A stretch of DNA of 63,825 nucleotides, filler included, from Folioceros fuciformis (GCA_049999805.1; 31 parts of 31 records of this genome joined end to end with filler, not necessarily neighbours in it), one strand, 5' to 3'. Counted from the first letter of the whole stretch, positions 11,846 to 25,756 are shown. The notes: generated from the sequence alone by a model not told the origin. Program-made: numbers and translations.

Positions 11846-14370
11846 TGATATCTGGATTATGGATTTTCACCATTCACCGCGCTGTGAAAGATCGCGAGGT
11901 GTGGCACCTAGTCAATCATTCTCTCATGCAGTGGAGTGGAAAACTGGACATGTGGGTAGGGTGCAGTATCACCACTGACAGCCCATGCATGTTAGCCTAG
12001 CCTGTAGCGCACTGCGCTGCGCTGTGCTGTGCATCTAGCAACAGTGTGGGAGTATCAGGTGTGCAGCCCACGTAGGTGCAGTGCACATGGTCCGCGGGCA
12101 GTGAGTGCAGATGGGAGGGAAAGGAGTGAAAATGGACAGCTACGACGGCCACCGCGCAAACGGGAGGTTGCACGTGAGCCAACAGAGAGCCATGGCCCGT
12201 TGGCGCTCAAATTGTGAGCCCCTCTCGACCCATTGGCCGTCAAAGGGCGTGGAACGGCGAAGCAAGGGCCATCATTTAATTAGCACTGCTCACAGCCAGC
12301 ATTGCAGTTGCAGCAATCCAGGGCTCATGGGCAGCATGACAGCAAACATTCAACACAACACGCGCACTGTTCGCCCTGTGCAGCCTTCAAGTACAGACAT
12401 GTAAATTCCTGTCTGCGTGTGAAGTCCTCAACAGCGGGCTATTCCCAGGCAGTGCGCCAGTCCCACATACTGTATGTACATGTAGTACAACAGGCTTTAA
12501 ACGGGTAAATGGGAGCAGCTTTCGCTGCCAGAAGACGCACTGCCGCGAAGAAGGGGAGCGATGTCCCGGGGTAGGCGCCATCCAGCGTCCAGCCGCGTCT
12601 TTGCTATTTCGTCGATCCTGCGGCCCCACCGAGGCGAGGAGCATTTGGCGCACGCGGCATGGCCTGCTAGATTGCACAAGCTTGGCAGCAACGTCACAAA
12701 TTATTTAACGTTTGTTGGCACGAGGAAAAAGTAAAATTTCTTTTTGGAAGTATCCTGACGGAGGTAGGTATGGAGGGCTGTCGGTGCGGCAGCTTCTCTG
12801 TCTGGACGTGCTTTGCCGCAAGGCCCGGGAGGGGAGTCAACAGATGGGACGAAGCTGCGGATGCCCACTTGCAGCAACTTGAGGGGCAGGCCTTTCTAGG
12901 CACCTTCGAATTCGTTTCCACAGCCTCGCAGATCGATCCACATCGAAGGCGCAGAGATAAGCAGATGCCCGAGGAAGAGACAAATGACATGCTCGCCAGC
13001 CTGACATATATTCTCTTGACCATCTGGGTGTAAAGGTGGGTAGGGCAGGCGGGGATTGCGGCCAGCCCGTGCTACGGACTGCTACGGTCTTACGGCTCCC
13101 GCCCAAGAGCAGCGCGCTGCCTTCCTCCCACCTTCGGTCCACCCAAATCCCTTGCTGGACCTCCTCTACTTTCTGCCTTCTTATTAACAACTCAGGACCA
13201 CGTGCCTTGCCTGCAAGTTGCAGGCACGAGATAGGCTATGGAGAGGGCAGTCTTGATCGTAACAATTATGTACTGTATGCACTTAGTGTGGTCGCAGGTG
13301 CGATCACTGGTCTGGGAGGCTCGTACTGCTTGTGGCGCTGTAGCTGGGGATTGTTTACAAAAAAATGCAGCACTATCTCTCGATTGCCGAGGCCATTGGC
13401 CTAACCTCCTTGGTTATCTAACGCTCTCCAATCAGGGCGTGATGCTTCCGGATTTCGAGGCCAAGGAAATCGTGAGCTGCCCTTTACATGCAACAGGCTT
13501 CACTTGAAGGTGAAGGGATGCTGTTCATGATTCAAGTGTTTTGGACAAAGTTATCAGGGTATTGTCACACGTGACGCGGACGATAGAAACAAGGACACAA
13601 GGAGAGAAACAAAGGACGAAAGGTATATCCAAAGAATACGCGCGGAGATGCATTTTTCCCAATGTGTATGGATGGGGAAGACGGGAATGTGGAAGTACAA
13701 CCTCAGCCTGTAGGCTTGCCCCTTAGAGTTGTTTGTTCGTAAGCTTCTCGCACACAATAGGGTACAGTAGACACACTTCGCCGGTCTACAATGAGAATCG
13801 GATTGTGGACGATCCCCCATGCCAAAAGAGTGCTAGACATTATGCAACCAAACCACAGCCAAAGCTTGCTACCTACAAAACGAGTGCACTTGTGACGCCG
13901 GCGGGCCGGCATCTCGTACTCCTACACAGCAACTGCTCGTGTTTGTAAACGAAATGACATGAACGATCAATCCCCGGGCAATCCTTGCATGAAGCTTGAA
14001 CTTCGCTCCAAGCTCAAGCCCCGTTCCATGTTGATTGCTTCTTGCCCCATACATGCTGACAGTGATCCATGATGAGATTTCACCCACCCCTCCTGCAAAC
14101 CACCCGAAGCTGCACCGTGCGTTTCCTTCTCATGCCACGGCCTTGGATCTTTCAAGGTCCTCATGACAATCCCCAAGTACGATGATCATCCTCTTGAGTT
14201 CCTGCTGTAGTTGGGGATCCGGGAAGCACTGATGGTGCCTATGATCAGTGAGAGGATTCTTGCGACTCCCTCAGGCTGCTGCCAGATACCGATCTGGGCA
14301 TGATGTAGTGTGTGGCCAGCGAAGCGACAGAGCACTTCGATGTGCCACTTGAGACTTCATAGCAGTGTCC

Positions 14371-14470
14371 NNNNNNNNNNNNNNNNNNNNNNNNNNNNNN
14401 NNNNNNNNNNNNNNTTAATTAATTAANNNNNNNNNNNNNNNNNNNNNNNNNNNNNNNNNNNNNNNNNNNN
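14371..14470. other. Artificial contig spacer (first of 30; last at 62476-62575)
   Basis: N44 + TTAATTAATTAA (stops in all six frames) + N44, repeated in the same form throughout the window. Confidence 0.98.
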
Positions 14471-15434
14471 TTATTTCCAAGCCAAACACATCCTTTCCTA
14501 GTAGCATCATAAGTGCTAAACCACTCCCTATGCGGAGTAACATGGAAAGATGCTCCAGAGTCAATTATCCAAGTAGAGAATAAGTGACTCTCCACGGCTG
14601 TCAGTTGTGTAGAATCAAAGGAAGAAGAGGTAAGAACATCTCCATCATCAACAGAGTTCACCTCATCATGCTTGACACTCGGACTTGCCTTGTTGTCGCT
14701 CTGCTTCTTCTCCTTGCCTTTGTCCTTGCAGTTCCTTCTGATGTGACCCTTCTTGTGACAATGGTAACATAACATTGTTACGACTACGAGACTTGCTACG
14801 GGAACGACTTTACTCCTTGCACTTCCCCTTTGAAGAGGACCTTCCTCTCACCATGAGGACATTGGAACCTTTCGAAGGTTCCATATTCTTCCTGTTCACC
14901 TCCTCTGTTAACACACTACCTTCTACATTTACAACGGTAAGACCACTGGTAGGAGCGAAATTACTCAGAGCTGTACGAAAGGTGTCCCAGCTCTCTGGTA
15001 ATGTGACCAACAGAAACATGTCTCTCGCGGAATTTGGGAACGAGATACCTTGAGATGAGAGCTGGCTAAAAATGGTATTGAACTCGTTCAAATGATCGGA
15101 CATTCTCATCCCTTCCTTCATCTTCAAGTCCACCATCTGTTTCAACCAATACACCTGAGAAGCCGCACTTTGCTTCTCGTACAGGTCACACAACTTCTGC
15201 CATAGCTCGAAACTTGTGCTCTTGTCTTTCACGTTGAAGTAGACCGACTTCGATGATGTTAGCATGATGGTAGACCTAGCAAGCTCATCTAGATCCTGCT
15301 ACTCATCTTGAGTCATGCTAACAGGTTTCACTCCTAGCAGCTTAATGGGCTTGATCTGCTTGTTCTTTCCAGAACGGGAAGTTAGTACCATCTAACTTCT
15401 CGATATTAAACATGACATTTTCTGAGGACGTCAT
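14471..15434 (-). mobile_element. Ty1/Copia gag-protease (degenerate)
   Basis: Reads MTSSENVMFNIEKLDGTNFPFWKEQ, a UBN2-like LKMKEGMRMSDHLNEF, the zinc knuckle CYHCHKKGHIRRNC, and the protease motif WIIDSGASFHVT. Confidence 0.9.
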
Positions 15435-15783
15435 ATTTCAAAATCGATGCAAATCAATTAAAAGGCTAGTTAGCAATTGTCGTAATGGAATGTGGATTTT
15501 GTTACCCTCACACCTCGTGTCGAATTGGCTGTTCACAATTTGGCTCTCGGTCGCTCGATCGAGATCGTGGCTTCCGGTTCGGCGCCCACACCCTCACTCT
15601 CGGCGATCGCGATCCTGCGTTCGCTTTCCGACGCTCACTGCTCCCCCGCTTCGACGCCCGTAGCACCTGTGGCCTAGTCGTGCNNNNNNNNNNNNNNNNN
15701 NNNNNNNNNNNNNNNNNNNNNNNNNNNTTAATTAATTAANNNNNNNNNNNNNNNNNNNNNNNNNNNNNNNNNNNNNNNNNNNN

Positions 15784-16826
15784 ATTCTCTAATTGGATAA
15801 TTGACTCTGGAGCATCTTTCCATGTTACTCCGCATAGGGAGTGGTTTAGCACTTATGATGCTACTAGGAAAGGATGTGTTCGGCTTGGAAATAAATACGC
15901 GTGCTAGATTGTAGGCGTTGGTGATGTGCAGCTGAAGTTCGACAACGGATCTTCATTCACACTGAAGGATGTTAGGCATGTTCCGAAGTTGACAAAAAGC
16001 ATGATTAGCGCAGGGCAGTTGGATGACGCTGGCTACCATTGTTGGTTTGGAGATCGTTCTTGGAAGATCTCCAAAGGTTCTCTGGTGTTAGCTCGTGGAT
16101 CGAAGTGTGGCACTTTGTACTCACTTCAGGTAGCCACTGTCAAGGATCATGTGATTTGTGTAATGGAACAGCCAAGTGTTTGCTTGTGGCATAGTCGGTT
16201 AGGACATATGTCTCAAAAAGGAATGAAGATCTTATTTCGTTTTGGTTACGTCCCTACATTTAACTTCTTCGATTTCTTCGTGTGTGAGCTTTGTCTGTAT
16301 GGGAAACAGACGATGTCACCACATGGAGAGGTAAACACAAAAGTAAACCTCTTGAATTGGTTCACAGTGACATTTGTGGACCTATGCCCACTGTATCGTT
16401 AGGCAGTGCATCCTATTTTGTCACTTTCATTGATGACTTCTCACGCAAGGTGTGGGTTTATCCTTCAAGGAAAAAGGATGATGTTCTGACACTGTTTCAA
16501 AAATTCGTCACCCTTCTGGAGAATCAATCTGGCCTTCGTTTGAAGTGTCTGAGAACAGACAATGGGGGCGAGTATGTCTCGAAGGCTTTCTAGTCATTCT
16601 GTGATTCCAAGGGAATCAAGAGAGAATTGACTGCGCCGTATACTCCTCCCCAGAATGGTGTGGCTGAACGGATGAACAGGACCATCCAGGAGAAGATGCA
16701 TAGTTTGCTGTCAAACTCTGGATTGCCTAACGGATTTTCGGCAAAAGTAGTGGTTACTGTGGTGCATCCTATTAACAATTCTCCTAATAGGGCTGTGGAT
16801 GAACAGGTTCCAGAGGAGATGTGGTC
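15784..16826 (+). mobile_element. Ty1/Copia protease-integrase fragment, same family as 14471-15434
   Basis: Contains WIIDSGASFH, LWHSRLGHMS, LVHSDICGPM, FIDDFSRK, LRTDNGGEY and PPQNGVAERMNRT. The first ~110 bp are near-identical to the reverse complement of 14471-14580. Confidence 0.92.
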
Positions 16827-17519
16827 NNNNNNNNNNNNNNNNNNNNNNNNNNNNNNNNNNNNNNNNNNNNTTAATTAATTAANNNNNNNNNNNNNNNNNN
16901 NNNNNNNNNNNNNNNNNNNNNNNNNNACCTTTGGCTCTGCTAGAGTTGTTGGCCTTGGGCCCAGCTCGAGTTGTCCTCCAGGAGTAGATGGGATTTTTTG
17001 GCTTGAGGGTAGACTATGGGGAAAGACTCCCTAGAAGTTCTCGCTAATAGGCACAAGCACATAGCAACCAGTCTAAGGAAAAACTTGATGGTCGTTGGAC
17101 GTAAGGAGACGAGTAGCTAGATTGTTGGGTTGAGGAAGGCGTCGTAGGGAGCCTTGTGAGGAAAAAGGTATTGAGAGGAAGGAGGTAGAAATCGGTAGGG
17201 GAGAGTACTGGGGTCCTTCTAAATGAGGGAATGGTGCCCTCCCACTGTCCGGAAGTGTTGTAGGATTGGTAGGTATGTGATTGGGAATGTTGACTATTGT
17301 AGGGAAACAATAGACGTAGCTAACTAGGCTTGGAGGGGAGCGATTCCAAGGAAGCCTACAAGCCATCCATCCGTGGGATTGATGTGGCCACGATACATGT
17401 GAGCAGGTGCTTGGTAGGGGTACCATACCTGCTTGGCCACAAAGAGAGTCCCCATAGAAGCAATTCCTAGATGAAGAGCAGCCCAACCAAGCATTAGAGA
17501 GTGCGGGGGCTGTAACGGA

Positions 17520-18395
17520 AAATTCACTTGAAGGAAGAATGGTGCTACAACCGGAGTTCCAACAGCTGAGCACTAATGGCCCTCCCCTGCCAACACATGA
17601 GAAAGCTAGCAAGAGGAAGGAGGAGGGAGTGCTCATCATGCATCCAACACGTTGCAATTTCAAGCTTGGAGATGCGCTGATTTTCCAACCAGCTGAGATC
17701 TTGGACATGAGAGAGTGGGCACTTCGAGGATGCACTGTAAAGGAGTTCCTCATCCGATGGGAAGGGGACCATAGTATGGATCCTAGCTAGGAGAATGAGA
17801 CATTTATTCAAGCCTTCCAGCATCTCATAGACTCCACAACAAGTGATGGAAAGCGAGGCCCTACTAATCCTCGCTAAGAGGAAGGAGAAGGATGTCATGG
17901 TGAGGACTATGATTGGACAATAGATAAGGTCTAGCTGCCTGATCGGCTGCTATATGGACTCTGTAGCCGAGGGAGGCAAAGAGCAATTTAAGGCGCAAGG
18001 AGCAAATTAAGGCGGAAGATCACATGTGCAATAACCCTCCCTTGGACTGCTGGTTTGAATGATTTTTTTGTTTGGGTGTGTGTTTTGAGTGATAAAGTGT
18101 TTAGGTACTGCCGAGGCAAGGTCTTTTATACTTAAAGTGTCCTTGGCCTATGGTAGCACCAATCCTTAGCTTTTTTTTTTTCTTTTGCAAATAACTAGTC
18201 CTTAGCCCTTGAACTGTGAATGTCACGTGAACCATAGCAGAAGTGCTAATATATGCCGAAGTGTGCTCACAAAAGAAAAAAGAGCAATTAATTAGTTAAG
18301 GACCATGTGTCCTTAAATACAAAAAATGTTTGAGTGTCTTTTGAGTTAACTCCTTAACTATAGTATAAGTCATGTTAGGGTTTCCATCCCTAACA
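17520..18395 (+). mobile_element. Chromovirus-type Gypsy 3' end: chromodomain remnant, PPT and putative LTR
   Basis: Reads FQPAEILDMRE..LRG..VKEFLIRWEG...S*ENE. The purine tract gaggaaggagaagga is followed by TGTCA at 17893. A tentative end ..ccctaaca lies at 18395. Confidence 0.6.
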
Positions 18396-18582
18396 CTCCC
18401 ACTAAACCTANNNNNNNNNNNNNNNNNNNNNNNNNNNNNNNNNNNNNNNNNNNNTTAATTAATTAANNNNNNNNNNNNNNNNNNNNNNNNNNNNNNNNNN
18501 NNNNNNNNNNCGCAGATTCGAGACCTGGTGGGACAAATGAGCAATGCGTCCATAGCTAGGATCCACAATGCTGGGATCCATG

Positions 18583-18850
18583 GCTCTGATACCATATCAA
18601 GACATGGACTAGGATCGGCCGAACAGGAGCGAGACGTGTGTGAGAAAAAGATTGTGAATTATGTTGTGTCCTTCGGCCTTTGTGGTCGCGCGAACAGGAG
18701 GTCGGTACGGTAGTTAGCCGTTACCTAGCAATTGGTCGTTGGCCTTCTGCCCATATAGCCAGGGTAGCGTTTCGTATCTAAATATGTAAAACCCTAACTA
18801 GCATAAGTGTTTGAGTATTAAAGGAATTAGGGCACAGCCCTTTTCTAACA
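18583..18850 (-). mobile_element. Short (256-bp) 5' LTR plus tRNA-iMet PBS, nested in a Copia RT
   Basis: gctctgatacca (reverse complement of TGGTATCAGAGC) lies at 18583-18594. The LTR spans 18595-18850, begins TGTTAG on the minus strand, and truncates the RT. Confidence 0.75.
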
Positions 18851-20832
18851 CTGTTTGTCTCGACGAATACGCATGCCAAGAATATGGCTTGCCTCTCCCA
18901 AGTCTGTCATGTCAAAGCGACCATTTAACTTTGACTTCAACGCTGAAATCTCATCACTGTTAGTCCCAACAATTAGCATATCATCCACATGGAGGACCAG
19001 AATGAACAAGCTTTCATCCTTAGCTTGCTTTGTATAGAGGCAATGATCGTCATCGCTACGTTTGTAGGCTTGAGAAAGCATAAACGAGTAGAATTTGAAA
19101 TACCACCCCTGGGTGCCTGCTTCAAACCATAAAGGCTCTTCTTTAACCTGAACACGAGACTCTCTTTGCCCTTCTCAATGAAACCCTCTGGTTGCTGCAT
19201 GTATACCTCTTCCTGGAGATCACCATGCAAAAATGCCGACGTCACCTCCATCTAGACAAGTTCCATGTCGAGCCTCGCAACCAGACCAAGAACACATCGC
19301 AAGGTGGTCATTTTGACAATCGGTGAGAAAATCTCATCAAAGTCAATACCTTGTTGTTGCTTAAAACCCTTCGCAACCAATCGTGCCTTGTACTTGGGTT
19401 TGTCATAATGGGGTATGTCCTTCATCTTATACACCCATTTGCATGGCAACGCCTTCTTGCCCTTAGGCAACCGAACCAACTCCCAAGTTTGGTTCTTGTG
19501 GAGCGAATCCATCTACGACTGCATCGCCTTCTCCCACTTGTCCTTGTCAATCACTGACATGGCCTCTTGGTAACAAGAGGGCTCCCCACAATCCGTCAGC
19601 ATGACATAATCAAGAGATGCAACATACCTATCATGAGGACGTGAGATCCTTCCTGACCTACGAAGCACTGGCGTCTCGACCGGAGCTGGTTGCACTCTCT
19701 CCTCTTGTACAAGTGGAGGAACTTGTTCCTGCACATCACGTCGTTCAACCTGCGCAGGACGGTCAAGTCCATCTTCTTGGAAGGCCACCTGTCGCACCTC
19801 CACAGTTGGAGTAGGCTTCTTGTGCATCTTGGTCTCATTGAAGAACACGTCACTGCTGCGAACCATCCGCTTGGCTTCTGGATCCCATAGACGGTATCCC
19901 ATCTCACCAGATTCATCATAGCCAAGAAAAATACATTTCTTGGACTTTGGTGCCAACTTGTCCCGAAACTCCTTGAGAACATGGTAGTATGCCTCGTAGC
20001 CAAACACTCGTAGATGCTTGTATGACGGCTTCTTTCCAGACCACATCTCCTTTGAAACCTGTTCATCCACAGCCCTATTAGGAAATCTGTTAATAATATG
20101 CACCGCAGTAACCAATGCTTCTACCCAATATCCGTTAGGCAATCCAGAGTTTGACAATAAACTACGCATCCTCTCCTGGATGGTCGTGTTCATCCGTTCA
20201 GCCACACCATTCTGGGGAGGAGTATACGGCACATTCAATTCTCTCTGGATTCCCTTGGAATCACAAAATGACTGGAGAGCATTCGAAAAATACTCTCCCC
20301 CATTGTTTGTCCTTAGACACTTCAATCGGAGGCCAGATTGATTCTCCACAAGGGTGACAAATTTCTGAAACACTGTCAGAACATCATCCTTCTTCCTCAA
20401 GGATAAACCCACACCATGCGTGAGAAGTCATCAATGAAAGTGACAAAATAAGATGCACCGCTCAATGATGCAGTGGGCATAGGTCCACAAACGTCACTAT
20501 GAACCAACTCAAGAGGTTTACTTTTGTGTTTACCTCTTGCTCCATGTGGTGACTTCATCTGTTTCCCATACAAACAGTGCTCACACACGGAGAAATCGAA
20601 GAAGTCAAAAGCAGGGACGTAACCAAAACGAGATAGTATCTTCAATCCTTTTTGAGACATATGTCTTAACCGACTATGCCACAAGGAAACACTTGGCTGT
20701 TCCGTTACACAAATAACATGATCATGGACAGTGGTTACATGAAGTGAGTACAAAGTGCCATACTTCGATCCACGAGCTAACACAAGAGAACCTTTGGAGA
20801 TCTTCCAAGAACGATCTCCAAACCAACAGTGG
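18851..20832 (-). mobile_element. Ty1/Copia integrase-reverse transcriptase (degenerate)
   Basis: Contains an integrase core, [32 protein letters not shown] and HVDDML. Confidence 0.93.
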
Positions 20833-20932
20833 NNNNNNNNNNNNNNNNNNNNNNNNNNNNNNNNNNNNNNNNNNNNTTAATTAATTAANNNNNNNNNNNN
20901 NNNNNNNNNNNNNNNNNNNNNNNNNNNNNNNN

Positions 20933-21997
20933 GCCCCCAATGTAAGGTTTTTTTTAGATCGTATACGGTCTGTATACTAATCCCCCCATGTATTTTATAC
21001 GGTTTAGATACATATACCCATATTTCTTCTTTTTATTTTCCTAATTCCCCTTCTCTATTTTCACCCCTATTTTTCTGGATTTAATTCCAGAAATTCCAAT
21101 TCAACTATGTTTCACCTGCTTTCTTTTCCTCTTAGTTCGGGGCCTATTCCAGCACCTCGGGGTCAGTCTTCCATGGCCAAGGAACCATTTCGGTTGGAAG
21201 CTGATCCCGCTGAATAAGCTACCGTTTTCAGGCCAGGTTCCGGCTGCTGATCCCATTGCCTCCCACCTCCTGTCTATCTTTCCCACTTCTCATACTCCTC
21301 CCCTGGAGGCTGGCTCAGCCACCAAAGGTGAACAGTTGCGGGGGAAGACTTAGCGGGTGGCCATCCAGCAAGGAAGAGGCGGCGTCCGCAGATCTTTGAA
21401 GATCAGACATCCTCCGAAGTCTCAGGATAGTCTAAGAGGTGGTAGATCCTTGTGGTGGTAGGGCCAGGAGCTCATTGGTGGCAGGATGTGCTAGAAGTCT
21501 AAATAAGTGGCTGGTGATAGCCGACTAGGCTAGTGGTCCTATTAAAATAATATTTCTCAAGCTAGAGAGAGGTGAAGTCAGAGAGAGAGAGAGGCTCCTA
21601 TAAGATCAGGTGAGCCTATAGAAGGAGGGAGTCATTCACTTTGGGAGTTAGTCTACCTCTTCGTGAGCTCTTAGAGGTCCTCTCTTTATGAGCTCTTGTG
21701 GTCTGTCCCTGCTTGGTTTAGGACCTGCAGTGTGTTGCCGGCTGTACAATGTCTGGTAGGATTGCAGGTAGCGTGTTGCCGGCTGTATAGTGTTTGGTAG
21801 GATCGTGGGCAGCGTGTTGCCGGTTGTATAGTGTCTGGTAAGATCACAAGGTGTAATGACCAGGGTGAAGGGGCGTCCACTAGCTCTTGATTGTAAAGGA
21901 TGTGTCTTTCTCTCGACCTGTCCACTCTTGTTCCTTGCTTGGACAAGTGCTGTAGGCCGGCCATGTCTCATGGCATCTGGTAAGGTTGTGGGGAGGA
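20933..21997. mobile_element. Internal part of a long LTR (family TGTGAACC...GCCTCCACA)
   Basis: Highly similar to 28705-29660. Non-coding, with ~41-bp internal repeats at ~21730-21845. Confidence 0.6.
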
Positions 21998-22265
21998 NNN
22001 NNNNNNNNNNNNNNNNNNNNNNNNNNNNNNNNNNNNNNNNNTTAATTAATTAANNNNNNNNNNNNNNNNNNNNNNNNNNNNNNNNNNNNNNNNNNNNCTC
22101 GAATCCATCATCGAGTTCATCAAGTCCGACCCTCCATCCACAGCAGCAAGGAACCCCATCGCTCCTTCGTGGGAACGAAACCCAATGTCTCAACGACAGT
22201 GGGATAAGTGTGGCCACTAAAGGTGGGACCCTTCGGCAATCAGTGCCCGGGGTTTTGCCTCCACA

Positions 22266-23779
22266 CTCTGCTTCCTTCTGCCCCAGCATGCTCAACCAGG
22301 TCAGTGCCCTGGCAACTTGGTCCAACATATCTGCTTATGCCCGCACCATGGCCGTAGCCAGGCCTGGCAAATCCACCTGCTGTGGTTTGCCCCCATAAGC
22401 CATCCTTCTGTCTAAAATTTGCCTCCCCAGCAGCATGCGCACCCTGGCCAAATCCTCCTCCTACAGCCTGGTCACTAGAGGAACACTCTTGAAAATCCCT
22501 TCCCATCCTGAAAAGGGTTCTCCCTCCTGCACTTGCCCTAACTCACCCGCCACCTCAGCTGGGCCTGCTTCCTCTCTTGGCACTTTTTCCTGAGGTGCCT
22601 CCAGTGCTGTGTCGGCCAGCTTCTGGACGACTTCCTATTGCGCTGATTTGCTTGTCACTCTGGCAACTCGCCCACCAACCTTCCTCTTCTTGGCAGGGGT
22701 CTTCCGCCCTGCTCCTGCCTTCCGCTTCCTACTGGTCGGGGCTTCCTCCTCTGAGCTCCCTATGGCCACCGATTCCCAACTGCAGGAGTTGGTTTCTTCC
22801 TTTAGCTCCTCCGGCTTCCACTTCACCTCTCGGACCGGCTTCCACATGTGCAAGGAGGCAACAACTTCGATCTCGGGTAAGATGTTAGCGTGACAATACA
22901 AATGAACAAGGAATGGCGAGATCATCGATGGGCGGGGAGTGGGGGAGGTCAAGTTCTGCCTCTCCTCATTCAGTTGGTCATATAGGATTTTCCCCCAATC
23001 AACCCGACTGCCCTTGACCACCTCGTGTAGGAATAAAAGCATGTGGTCAGATAGGTAGTCCTGCTTCTGGTTCTGTAGGAAGCACCGGAGCCACCTTGCC
23101 AGCCCCATGAGTTGGGCTATTGCCATCTCCCGTGCCAACCAACCATTGGCTTCTCTCCCTATCCCTGCCTTGAACAGCGTCGCCGCTGCTCCTGTGGTGC
23201 TGCGCTTCTTCAACGACTCAAGGACCAGTCCTCCTGCCTCCTCCTGGTTGCGCCCATACACCGTTTGCACCATGTCAACACTCCAATCCTGGGGATTTCC
23301 TCTTATTCCTTTCTCCTTCGCCAGGCTTCTCAGGCGCCGAGCACACTCCTACACCAGGGCAGGAGCTGCGTGGTTCCATCGCAGGGCCATGAACTCGAGG
23401 CCTAGCTCTTCCACCAGCCCTCCGGCTTTGGCCCTCCAGTGGTCCATATTCGACCAGAGAGCGACCTCAACATGAGGCACAGGGACCTGCCCCTCGTTCC
23501 TGGCCATGCCCGCTGGCACCAGTTCTGCAGCGACTCTCTCCTTCTTCATCTTCCTCTATTTCCTCTTTGTCCCGTTCGTCCCCACTTGGTTAGTTGACGC
23601 CTACGCTGTCGTTGTCTTGCTCAGAAGCCGCTACATTGGAAAAAATGCGTCTCCCGCTCACATCTCGTCCACCACTTCTGCTCCCCGACTTCTCGGTTGC
23701 GCTCCCTTTTTGAAATCATGTCTGGACCCTCATGATCCTTACTTAGGGTTTTTTCCCCTGCCTGGTCATTCTGGTTCCG
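22266..23779 (-). mobile_element. ORF-X repeat family, N-terminal half, bounded by nested LTR termini
   Basis: Reads W.NMDHWR..AGGL, QDYLSDHMLLFLHEVVKGSRVDWGKILY and SMISPFLVHLY. An LTR end (..gcctccaca) sits at 22265 and an LTR start (tgtgaacc) at 23780. Confidence 0.85.
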
Positions 23780-24324
23780 TGTGAACCTCCAAAGTTTGGG
23801 GTAGTAGTTTGTTTTGGTTGAAAAAGGGTTGATAGTGGTATGGTTTGGTTTTCTTTTTCAACTTATTTTCCCTAATTTTCCTTGATTTTCTGGTCATTTT
23901 TCCTATTTTTCTTTGTGCTAATTAGGTTAATTGACCAGGAAATAGTTGGTTTGGNNNNNNNNNNNNNNNNNNNNNNNNNNNNNNNNNNNNNNNNNNNNTT
24001 AATTAATTAANNNNNNNNNNNNNNNNNNNNNNNNNNNNNNNNNNNNNNNNNNNNGAAAAAGAAAACCAAACCATACCACTCTTAACCCTTTTTCAACCAA
24101 AACAAACTACTACCCCGAACTTTGGAGGTTCACATCCTCCTAGAGGATCTCCACCTTATTACTTGTGGGCAAGCAGGTGTGGTATCCCTACCAGGCACCC
24201 ACTCACATATATCGCGGCCACAATAATCCCACGGTAGTTGTAGGCTTCCTCATAATCGCTCCCCACTAAGCCTGGTTAGCTACTCCTATCATTCCCCTAC
24301 AATAGTCAACCCTCCCAACCACGT

Positions 24325-24775
24325 ACCTACCAATCCTGCCACACGTCCAGTGAGTAGGTAGGCACCATTCCTTCACTTGGAAGGGCCCCAGTACCTCCCC
24401 CTACCGATTTCTACCTCCCAATCACGTTCCTACCAATCCTGCAACACATCCAGTCAGTAGGTTGCGGCACCATTCCTTGACTTGGAAGGGCCCTAGTACC
24501 TCCCCTACCGATTTCTACCTCCCTACACTCAATACCTTTCCCTCACAAGGCTCCCTACAACACCTTCCTCAACCCACAATCTAGCTGCTCATCTCCCTAC
24601 GCCCAACGACCAAGTTTTCCTCCGAGCCTACTCCGCTCCCTCCAACTGTGTTTATCACTCACCTTCGACATTCCACCTTCCTTAGCGCATACCTTCAACA
24701 CGTCCAATCGGTAGGAAGGCACCATTCCTTCACTTGGAAGGGCCCTAGTACCTTCCCCTACCGATTTCTAACTAC
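24325..24775. repeat. Three ~95-bp direct repeats in a repeat family also present inverted at ~17090-17430
   Basis: The core ggcaccattccttcacttggaagggccc.agtacc..ccctaccgatttcta occurs at ~24361, ~24466 and ~24718. Confidence 0.75.
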
Positions 24776-25756
24776 CTACACCCAACACCCCTTCCTCACA
24801 AGTCTCCTCACAACACCTTCCACAACAATCCAACTACTCGTCTCCCTACGTTCAACACTCCCAACCAGACACCACAAGAACCTTTGCGATCGGCAACAGA
24901 AAGGGCACTCGCAGCTCCCCCTTCCGCCAAGATATCCACGCAGGCTTACGAAAGTTGGTTTACTATTTGTCACGAAACACTCACAATCCAAAAAACGGTC
25001 CAACAAGTCTTTCCTTGGGCCGGTTGTTGCGTGCTTCTGCTTGTTAGTGAGAACTTCCAGGGATTCTTTCCCTGGAGTCTACCCTTAAGCCAACAGTCAC
25101 ACAGGTATTGCCACACACCTACAGCAGCACAACATTCCCAAAGGAAGCAACTTGCAGGGGTGCCCATGGAAGAATATGAGCCTTCCGCGAAGCACTTCAA
25201 CCACTGCAACTCTAGCCACAACCATGCGCTATGATGGCACACAGCCGACAACGAGATTCCTACGCTCTACTGAGCATGAGAACTCGCCATGAGAAGAGTG
25301 CAGAATGTGGTGGTTCATTTCTTTCTGTAGCCCCTCCTTATAGGAGAGATTGACACATGAACCCTCTCCTACATGTAGGTGGTGGGCTACCCTTCTCTCA
25401 CACTAGGCGCCACCAACTTTAACTCTACACACCTACCAAGAGGCTAAGTCCTACCAATAATTGCTAGGGCAGTGCGCGCCACTGAAGATTAGGACTATCG
25501 GCACTGCCATAGAAGATTCATTGACCCTCTCTCCAAAAAGGTGTGGCTAGGACTGCTCCTGAAGGGAGGCAAAGTCTGAAGGTTGAGCTACTAGCCCTCC
25601 CTCCATTATTGGGATTCGTCTTCTTTTGGATCCACCTAACTTCCAAGTGGATCTCTTGGGATATCCCTTCACCACCACCTACAGGTTTGGTAGGGAAGGG
25701 ATCCACTCGTTCTTCAACATGAGGTTCCTTCCCTACGTAGGGTGAGGATGTCCCCT

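Noticed and set aside
10420-11978. Long alternative-frame ORFs (210 aa and 269 aa) overlapping the aspartic protease
   Set aside because: These are shadow ORFs expected in a very GC-rich CDS and have no motifs.
14471-15900. Apparent inverted repeat between 14471-14580 and 15784-15895
   Set aside because: The two sequences lie in different contigs. They are overlapping parts of the same Copia family in arbitrary orientation.
22098-23954. LTR-ORF-X-LTR as a compact intact mini-element
   Set aside because: There is no PBS after 22265 and no PPT before 23780, and ORF-X is cut mid-sequence. Other copies continue past both junctions, so two nested insertions are more parsimonious.
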